A stretch of 64,000 bases of DNA, from contig DCAZ01000115.1 of assembly GCA_002313925.1 (NCBI GenBank), positions 25,028-89,027 of the forward strand. Reading direction: 5' to 3'. Position numbers and translations under genes: made by a program. This document shows, in pieces, positions 57,709 to 64,000 of the stretch. Source of the stretch: Gemmatimonadales bacterium UBA1120 (GTDB lineage: Bacteria; Gemmatimonadota; Gemmatimonadetes; Longimicrobiales; Gaopeijiaceae). Position 1 is the stretch's first letter. Every line of letters begins with the position of its first letter. Under the pieces are notes generated by a model, which had not been told where the DNA came from, made no database searches, and saw only the letters and a program-made list of their open reading frames with translations.

Positions 57709-60024
57709 CTAGCCGATAGGTCTCGTTAACTGGCCAATCTGATAGCCAGCAGGAGGTTCGGCATCAAGTAGGTGGCGAACGAAATAGTCCCAACGCCTTC
57801 GCATCATATATGGTTCGTTACCGAAGCCATGCCTTCGGTTCGGCATCAAGACCAAATCAAAATCCTTGTTCGCTGCGATTAGGGCATTCACGACAAGCAT
57901 CGTATTCGACGGAGGTACGTTAGAGTCTAGCGTACCATGTGCGATCAGGAGCTTACCCTTGAGATTTTCCGCTAACAACTGGTTGGCTTGATTGTCATAA
58001 TTGGTCGTCCCATCCGGATATTCGACAAGGAGTCCCTGCCACTTTTCACCCCAATCATCCTCGTAGTTTCGCTGATCGTGGTTACCGGCCTGCGACACTG
58101 CAACATCATAGAAGTCAGGATAACGCATGATCGCAGCAGCAGCAGCAAAGCCGCCTCCGGAGTGGCCATAAATTCCAACTTTGTCGATATCCATCCACGG
58201 ATAGCGATCTGCCAGCTGGCGAATCCCAGCAATCTGATCAGGGAGCCCATTGTCCCCCATGTTCCCGTAATACGTTTCGTGAAATGTCTTGGAGCGGCCA
58301 GGCGTACCCATCGCGTCGAGTTCAACCACGACGAAACCAAGTTCGGCAATCGCTTGTAGATCTCGGTGCGACGCACGGAAACTCCTGCTCCCCACGCTCC
58401 CGCCCTGTGGTCCAGGATACAGATAATTCACGATCGGATATGAGCGATCCGGATCGAAATTCATCGGCCGGAAAAGCAACCCGTAGAGGTCCGTCTCTCC
58501 ATCTCGTGCTTTCACACTGAACGGCATCGGTGGTTGCCACCCTGATTCCTGAAGACGGGAAATATCCGCTTCTTCAATAGCCAGGATACGACGTCCGCCT
58601 TCTCTATCACGAAGGACGGTGACCGGAGGAACAACCGGTGTTGAGTACGTGTCGACCACATATTTTCCATCCGGAGAAAGCGATACACTGTGATTCGCAC
58701 TGTCCGGTGTCAGTAGCTCTACATCGCCACCATCGAGTCCAACCCTATAGAGGTATTGAAAATAAGGGTCTCCTGGCTCTCGCGCATTACCAAGAAAAGT
58801 GATAGTGCGAGCGGGCTCATCGATCTCCAGGATCTGTTGAACATTCCAGGCTCCCTGGGTGACCTGTCTTTTGAGGGCTCCAGTTCCAGCATCATATAAG
58901 TAGAGATGTCCCCAGTCATCTCTTTGGCTGAACCATAAGATTTCGTTCGATAAGGACAAAAAGTCCCAACCGTTCGACTCGTAAAACGTCTCTTCTACCT
59001 CCTCGAAAAGCTCAGTCACAGCACCTGTGGACGCATCGGCGATGCGGACAGCAGCACTTTTGTGGTCGCGGGTACTCGAAACAAATACGATATGCTCGCT
59101 ATCTGCGCTCCACTCGACATCTCCAAAGGTGCCCCCACAGGCGATATGGTCACTGCAGGTGGACCGATGCTGATCTGGAGGCATCGCTAGGCTGACTACT
59201 CGGTCGCCTGCCGGACGATCGAGGTCCAGAACCACTCTGGTGATCCGAAAAATCACTGAGTCCTCAGGGAGCGGATAACGCCATGCCTCAAGCTGCGGAT
59301 GCCCCACCTGTGTATTTACGAGATACATCATTCCCACACCACGCGCGTCATGCCGGAACGTTGCGATCTTCCTTGAATCCGGAGACCACTTCAAGATTGG
59401 ACGGTCGCTACGTGTCCACCCAGCGTTGTTCGTACCGTACCCGAAATCTTCTGCTCCATTAGTCGTTAATGCCGACTCGTCTCCAGTACCGAGATCCCGA
59501 ACCCAAAGATTGTGATCACGGATGAACGCTGCATTTTGAGCATCTGGAGAAATCACCTCTAGTCGTGAAACCGCAGGGCCAGCAGTACCTGAAACAGATT
59601 CACAAGAATATTCCGTCAGGTTGCACCCGAAGCGGCCAGGCGGGCCGACCGTAGCCATAAGTGCACCACCCTCAAGTGTCAGGCCGCCCAAAGGTAACCT
59701 TGAAGACTCAAAAGCCTCTCCCGACACTGCGTTGAGCACGGTGGCAATCCGTTCGTGATCAAAGGCCCTTTCGCGAGTCAGTTCTGAAGGGTCGACAATC
59801 ATGAACTCCGTCCCCCCAGGCCCCGTCGATCTATACCAAAATCGACCATCCTCAAGCCATTGTGGGCTCACCGATGCACCAAAGACCAGGGCACTGGTGT
59901 TTTGCGAGAGAAAACGCTCTGCTCGTCTGTAGTCATCCGCTGTGATTTCTCGTGTGCCATCTTGAGCAACAAGCGGAGTCGAGATGAAAAGTGCTAATAA
60001 GGCTGATGAGAACCGCATGGTCAT
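57709..60024 (-). CDS. dipeptidyl-peptidase IV-type S9B serine peptidase, secreted
   Basis: Signal MTMRFSSALLALFISTPLVAQ. DPP-IV N-terminal propeller-type region (WSPDSRKIA, LSPDGKYVV). Nucleophile block VGIYGHSGGGFAAAAAIM, then HGTLDSNVP and RRHGF. Start at 60024 or 60018; the track ORF reaches 60072. Confidence 0.88.
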   Translation of the reverse strand: MTMRFSSALLALFISTPLVAQDGTREITADDYRRAERFLSQNTSALVFGASVSPQWLEDGRFWYRSTGPGGTEFMIVDPSELTRERAFDHERIATVLNAVSGEAFESSRLPLGGLTLEGGALMATVGPPGRFGCNLTEYSCESVSGTAGPAVSRLEVISPDAQNAAFIRDHNLWVRDLGTGDESALTTNGAEDFGYGTNNAGWTRSDRPILKWSPDSRKIATFRHDARGVGMMYLVNTQVGHPQLEAWRYPLPEDSVIFRITRVVLDLDRPAGDRVVSLAMPPDQHRSTCSDHIACGGTFGDVEWSADSEHIVFVSSTRDHKSAAVRIADASTGAVTELFEEVEETFYESNGWDFLSLSNEILWFSQRDDWGHLYLYDAGTGALKRQVTQGAWNVQQILEIDEPARTITFLGNAREPGDPYFQYLYRVGLDGGDVELLTPDSANHSVSLSPDGKYVVDTYSTPVVPPVTVLRDREGGRRILAIEEADISRLQESGWQPPMPFSVKARDGETDLYGLLFRPMNFDPDRSYPIVNYLYPGPQGGSVGSRSFRASHRDLQAIAELGFVVVELDAMGTPGRSKTFHETYYGNMGDNGLPDQIAGIRQLADRYPWMDIDKVGIYGHSGGGFAAAAAIMRYPDFYDVAVSQAGNHDQRNYEDDWGEKWQGLLVEYPDGTTNYDNQANQLLAENLKGKLLIAHGTLDSNVPPSNTMLVVNALIAANKDFDLVLMPNRRHGFGNEPYMMRRRWDYFVRHLLDAEPPAGYQIGQLTRPIG

Positions 60025-60453
60025 CCTCTGGGAATACGAGAACCAAAAGAGCAGGCCCCTTGGGGCCCACACGGCAAGTTGAAGTCGGAAACGATAACCT
60101 GCAACGGAGTCAATACTTTAGTTCTTCCGTTCACCGCTGAAGGGGCGGCCCTGACGTCGACTTTCCCGACTTACTTCCTCATGCACAATACCCGCATCTT
60201 GAACGCTGATAGCAAACCGAAGCCGTGCTGCCATACCCCCTCCCGTTTGCGCTGGGGCGTGGAGAGCCTTACGTCACTGCTCGGGCACAGACTCAGCCGC
60301 AGCTGAGTTCAGCCCCAGGAGGGGAAAAGTCCGTACAATGTCGTCAACGCGCTCGGGCAAAGCGCATGAGGACAGAGAAGTAGCCAGAATTTCCCCCAAC
60401 ATAAAGATTAGCTAGTGATCCCGCCGCTCTCGAGGGCCTAAACAAAGCAACTA

Positions 60454-61314
60454 ATGAGTCGCTCACTTCTCCATCTCGCTCTATTGGCATTGGCACTCTT
60501 CACCATGCTCAACACAGGGTGCACACCCGATTTGGTGGAAGAAACTACGTACCTTACTCCACTAGGTGCGGAATTCATGAGCCAGCAAGCCCCGCCAAGG
60601 GTGAGCCGCCCCTCGTTTGTGGACCCTCGTGGCCCTCGCATGGATCCAAATGAAATTCCTGGTCGTTATCCCTTCTACTGGACCCGTGCCATTTATTCAG
60701 GTTGGGGTCGCCGCGGCTGGGGGCAATCATGGGCAACCGACTACCCCAAGGGTGACCAGCAGTTTTTGGTCGTACTGAAGCGCCTAGTCCGGCTTAACGC
60801 TTATGATTGGGACAACGCTATCAGGCTCGACGACCCAACACTCCGACGTTTTCCAATAGTCTACGCTGTAGAAGTCGGCGGTATGGACATGACCAACTCG
60901 GAGGTTGAGGGGCTCAGAAATTATCTGGATGCTGGGGGATTCTTGATCGTGGACGACTTCTGGGGCCAGCGCGAATGGGATGTCTTCGAGTACAATATCC
61001 GCCGGGTTTACCCTGACCACCCAATTGTCGACATCACGCTTGATCACCCCATCTACTCGGCTTACTACGACATTGAGGAAGTGAAACAGGTACCCGCCAT
61101 TGGGCGCGCCATGTACCCGGCCGAATGCTATGGCTGTGTCCCCTATGTTAAGGGCATTTATGATGAGGCTGGACGTCTTGTCGTCATCATCAACTTCAAC
61201 ACTGATCTCGGTGATGCTTGGGAGTGGGCTGAGGATCCGCGCTACCCTCTGGAATATTCGACATACGCGTACGAGATGGGAGCAAACATGATCGTCTACG
61301 CGATGAGTCACTGA
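60454..61314 (+). CDS. DUF4159-like lipoprotein (Bat/aerotolerance-cluster associated family)
   Basis: Lipobox FTMLNTGC. WATDYPKGDQQFLVVLKRL...LDDPTLRRFPIVYAVEVGGMDMTNSEVEGLRNYLDAGGFLIVDDFWG follows the DUF4159 pattern as I recall it. Confidence 0.7.
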   Translation: MSRSLLHLALLALALFTMLNTGCTPDLVEETTYLTPLGAEFMSQQAPPRVSRPSFVDPRGPRMDPNEIPGRYPFYWTRAIYSGWGRRGWGQSWATDYPKGDQQFLVVLKRLVRLNAYDWDNAIRLDDPTLRRFPIVYAVEVGGMDMTNSEVEGLRNYLDAGGFLIVDDFWGQREWDVFEYNIRRVYPDHPIVDITLDHPIYSAYYDIEEVKQVPAIGRAMYPAECYGCVPYVKGIYDEAGRLVVIINFNTDLGDAWEWAEDPRYPLEYSTYAYEMGANMIVYAMSH

Positions 61315-61324
61315 GGCGAAACAG

Positions 61325-63610
61325 ATGGAACGCATCTTCGAGTTCCTGTTCAAATATCCCCCGCTCTTTTTCGAACAGGGTGATTTCACATTTGGAGCAC
61401 CGATGTCGGTGCGCCTATGGCTTATTATTGCCGGGCTCCTAGGCGCAGCTACTGTCGCCAGCTACACGATTGCCCGAGGGAAAAGCACAGTCACGGACCG
61501 CGGTGTGATGGCAGGACTTCGGGTTCTGCTACTTGCAGTCATCATCGTTTGCCTTCTCCAACCATCACTGATTCTGTCGACTGTGGTCCCACAACAGAAT
61601 TTTGTTGGAATTCTAATAGACGATTCACAAAGCATGTTGCTCGCGGATGAGAACGGCGAGCCACGAAACTCTTTCATTAATAAGGAGTTCGCTTCCGATG
61701 AGAGTGAACTCCTCGGGCAACTCTCCGATCGTTTTGCCCTTCGCTTCTTTCGTTTCTCTGATGTCGCTGGCCGAATCGATAGTCCGTCGGAACTAGCCTA
61801 CGAGGGCACACACACGAATCTGTCTCGGGCGCTCGATGTTGCGAGAGAAGAACTTTCAGGTGTGCCGCTGTCTGGACTAGTCATGATTACAGATGGGGCT
61901 GACAATGACAACCAACCCTTAGCTGAATCATTGGTGCCCCTGCAGGCCGCAGGTGTTCCGGTTTTCACAGTCGGGCTTGGAGAAGAGAGCATCACCCCCG
62001 ATATCGAGCTCGGACGGATCGAGATGCCGAGGGCTGTGCTAGAAGGATCTTCGTTGACCGTTGATGTGGTAATTACCCAGACGGGATTCGAAGGCAGCAC
62101 AGTTCCTCTGATCGTTGAGGACGAACTTCAGATTATCGCAGAAGAAACGGTTGAGCTTGGGCCAGATGGAGAACCGGTTGTAGCCAGAATTTATTTCGAG
62201 TTGGAGGGAGTAGGTCCTCGACGTGTGAGCTTCCGTATTCCCCCTCAACCAGGGGAACGGGTGAATCGAAACAACGCTCGCTCTGTGCAAGTCGAGATTA
62301 GAGGAGAACGTGAAAAAGTCCTCTATTTCGAAGGAGAACCTCGCTTCGAAGTAAAGTTCATGAGGCGTGCAGTGGCGGAAGATGAGAACATCCAGCTCGT
62401 AGTCCTGCAGCGGACTGCGGAAAGCAAGTTTCTGCGATTGGATGTAGACGATGGCAGTGAGCTGGAGTTCGGTTTTCCCACTAGTCGTGAAGAGCTGTAC
62501 CGCTATCGGGCACTAATCCTTGGGAGTGTTGAAGCATCTTTCTTCACGCATGACCAATTACAAATGATCGCGGACTTCGTCTCCGAGAGAGGTGGGGGAT
62601 TATTATTACTCGGCGGCCATGGAGCTTTCGCAGAGGGAGGTTGGCAGGGTACCTCGGTGGAGGAAGTGATGCCGGTGGTTCTTACCTCCCCCGCAGATGA
62701 CCCTCAGGGATTCTTCGCGGAAGTAAAGGTGACTCCAACACCCGCTGGGCTAACACATCCCGCGGTACTTCTCGGAGTAGAGCAGGACCAGGTGCGTGAA
62801 CAATGGGATTCGCTTCCCACAGTCACCACCGTCAATCCAATCTCCCAGGTCCGTCCTGGTGCTACAACACTCTTGTCTGGTTCAGGGGAGCAGCTTGCTC
62901 TTGAACAGATCGTGCTCGCATTCCAACGATACGGTCGTGGCAAATCTATTGCCCTTACCATACAGGATTCTTGGCTCTGGCAAATGCACGCCGATGTCCC
63001 GCTCGAAGATCAGAGTCATGAAATTTTCTGGCAACAGATGATCAGGTGGCTTGTCGATGGTGTTCCAGAAGCCGTAGAAGCAGTAACAGACCGGGAACAG
63101 GTAGAACCAGGAGAAAACGTTCGGCTTGTGACGAACGTAGGTGACTCAAGCTATATCGAGGTCAACAACGCAACTGTGACAGCGCGAATCACAAGTCCCA
63201 CAGGCATAGTGGAGGACCTCCCTGTCAGTTGGACGGTTCAAAGGGACGGTGAATACTCGGTAGAGTTTCGCCCGCTAGAAGAAGGTGAGTATGAAGTTGA
63301 AGTAACGGCTGAAAGAAATGGAGAGACTCTCGGTTCGGATAAAACCTATCTCTATACGGCCCCGAGTGACGACGAATACTTCAGTGCGTCGAGGCGTACG
63401 CAGACGCTGCGCCGGATCGCTGATGAGACCGGAGGTCGGTTCTATACTCCCGAAGATGTTTCGAGTCTTCCGGAAGATATTCGTGTGACGGGCGCCGGAG
63501 TCACGTTGATCGAAGAGCTAGACCTTTGGGATATGCCGTTTCTGTTTCTCCTCCTATTGATGTTCATGGGTGCCGAGTGGGGCTTTCGAAGAATTCGGGG
63601 ACTGATTTGA
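61325..63610 (+). CDS. BatA-like membrane protein: N-terminal double-TM + von Willebrand factor A domain + GATase1-like domain + C-terminal TM anchor
   Basis: Two N-terminal TM helices. MIDAS-type VGILIDDSQSM ... ITDGADN. Later YRALILGSVEASFFT...FVSERGGGLLLLGG (class-I glutamine-amidotransferase-like fold). The C-terminal anchor is MPFLFLLLLMFMGAEWGFRR. Confidence 0.75.
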   Translation: MERIFEFLFKYPPLFFEQGDFTFGAPMSVRLWLIIAGLLGAATVASYTIARGKSTVTDRGVMAGLRVLLLAVIIVCLLQPSLILSTVVPQQNFVGILIDDSQSMLLADENGEPRNSFINKEFASDESELLGQLSDRFALRFFRFSDVAGRIDSPSELAYEGTHTNLSRALDVAREELSGVPLSGLVMITDGADNDNQPLAESLVPLQAAGVPVFTVGLGEESITPDIELGRIEMPRAVLEGSSLTVDVVITQTGFEGSTVPLIVEDELQIIAEETVELGPDGEPVVARIYFELEGVGPRRVSFRIPPQPGERVNRNNARSVQVEIRGEREKVLYFEGEPRFEVKFMRRAVAEDENIQLVVLQRTAESKFLRLDVDDGSELEFGFPTSREELYRYRALILGSVEASFFTHDQLQMIADFVSERGGGLLLLGGHGAFAEGGWQGTSVEEVMPVVLTSPADDPQGFFAEVKVTPTPAGLTHPAVLLGVEQDQVREQWDSLPTVTTVNPISQVRPGATTLLSGSGEQLALEQIVLAFQRYGRGKSIALTIQDSWLWQMHADVPLEDQSHEIFWQQMIRWLVDGVPEAVEAVTDREQVEPGENVRLVTNVGDSSYIEVNNATVTARITSPTGIVEDLPVSWTVQRDGEYSVEFRPLEEGEYEVEVTAERNGETLGSDKTYLYTAPSDDEYFSASRRTQTLRRIADETGGRFYTPEDVSSLPEDIRVTGAGVTLIEELDLWDMPFLFLLLLMFMGAEWGFRRIRGLI

Positions 63611-64000
63611 TTAGACCGCAGGCTTCACTAGCCCTTTTCGGCTCGGTCTTAGCATTCATATGCCTTTCTGGCACATCTTTTGAGCAGCTAAGTGCCCAGG
63701 AGCGGACTCATGCCTTGATCGTGGTCGGACTCGGTGGTAATGCCGACTACCGAGATCGGTTCCATACCCAAGCCGTCGCTCTAAAAGAGGCTTTTACTAA
63801 GAAACATGGTATGCTCGCAGAGCATGTCACTTATCTCGGTGAGAGACCAGAATCTGCTCCGGACTTTGTCACTGATAAGTCGACACGGGCCAACGTTCTG
63901 AGCCGCCTAACTACGATTGCCCAGCAAGCAGGACCTTCGGATCGACTTCTTCTCATTCTCATTGGACACGGGACTTCTGACCAAGCTGAGGCTCGGTTTA
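63607..64000 (+). CDS. secreted caspase-fold/peptidase C13-like protein, N-terminal part (continues past the window)
   Basis: Own translation from TTG 63607, which overlaps the upstream TGA: (M)IRPQASLALFGSVLAFICLSGTSFEQLSAQERTHALIVVGLGGNADYRDRF...KSTRANVLSRLTTIAQQAGPSDRLLLILIGHGTSD. A beta-strand / GxG / ...GHG layout is typical of clan CD peptidases. The assignment is tentative. Confidence 0.45.
   Translation, partial: MIRPQASLALFGSVLAFICLSGTSFEQLSAQERTHALIVVGLGGNADYRDRFHTQAVALKEAFTKKHGMLAEHVTYLGERPESAPDFVTDKSTRANVLSRLTTIAQQAGPSDRLLLILIGHGTSDQAEARF

Noticed and set aside
60079-60306. 75-aa plus-strand ORF in the long intergenic region.
   Set aside because: It has no ribosome-binding site, an odd composition (Cys-Cys-His, Thr/Ser/Leu-rich) and no motif. 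The region is more likely non-coding or regulatory.
60317-60333. AGGAGGGGAAAAGTCCG resembles the conserved GGAAAGUCCGG (P4 5-prime strand) of bacterial RNase P RNA, inside a ~400-nt non-coding gap.
   Set aside because: The sequence following the motif does not continue like RNase P RNA. There is no matching ACAGAAnCCGGCUUA-type 3-prime P4 strand at the right distance; only ACAGAGAAG lies about 50 nt downstream. The remaining space before the next gene is too short for the specificity and catalytic domains.
60784-61389. 201-aa minus-strand ORF.
   Set aside because: It lies antisense to the DUF4159-like gene and the start of the BatA-like gene, both of which have recognisable family patterns and signal sequences. 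It is a shadow ORF.
1-64000. I looked for CRISPR arrays, long direct or inverted repeats, IS/transposase, integrase, phage, toxin-antitoxin or restriction-modification genes, rRNA and tRNA genes.
   Set aside because: None was recognised by eye. All long ORFs have ordinary metabolic, envelope or housekeeping signatures. An exhaustive repeat or tRNA scan (tRNAscan-SE, Infernal, a repeat finder) was not possible here and would be needed to exclude short elements.

Overview
This is a gene-dense (roughly 90% coding) chromosomal bacterial window with about 52 protein-coding genes. By eye I found no rRNA, tRNA, CRISPR array, IS element, integrase or phage genes. The content is mostly housekeeping and nutrient scavenging.

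**Left end (1-10236).** A translationally coupled minus-strand operon encodes a class-V aminotransferase, the TRAP transporter dctPQM and a crotonase. It lies divergent from a 959-aa YdiJ-like FAD/Fe-S oxidoreductase. That gene converges on a serC-like/serA serine-biosynthesis pair.

**Housekeeping genes.**
- dCMP deaminase, TypA/BipA, ApaG and uridine kinase
- a DtxR-family regulator and HU
- cyclophilin and a low-molecular-weight tyrosine phosphatase (LMW-PTP)
- aspartate aminotransferase and a canonical DEAD-box helicase

**Peptide and amino-acid scavenging.** There is an unusually dense set of such genes:
- M14, M20 and M8-like peptidases and two S9 peptidases
- D-aminoacylase, two amidases and a DDAH-like enzyme
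- an ACC-deaminase-family enzyme and a POT transporter
- a TonB-dependent receptor with a partner lipoprotein

**Taxonomy.** The gene content suggests a proteolytic marine or soil heterotroph of the FCB/Gemmatimonadota type. It includes a TonB-dependent receptor with a carboxypeptidase-regulatory-like N-terminus, a PSCyt-like lipoprotein, a DUF4159/BatA-like module and a membrane-fused spermidine-synthase homologue. Taxonomy cannot be established from the sequence alone.

**Hunt result.** I see no canonical defence or mobile-element signature. The most unusual items are:
1. A DEAD-box helicase paralogue in which every catalytic motif is degenerate but the DbpA-type RNA-binding domain is intact.
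2. A three-gene overlapping operon: a PSCyt-like CX4CH lipoprotein, a YceI-like protein and a beta-barrel.
3. The YdiJ-like oxidoreductase sitting next to serA.
4. A DUF4159 / vWA-GATase-like / caspase-like module without the usual MoxR-DUF58 partners inside the window.
5. Two long intergenic regions (53290-53728 and 60025-60453) with palindromes or stem structures.

**Limits.** All functional calls come from reading the translated ORFs for family motifs. No database search was possible.
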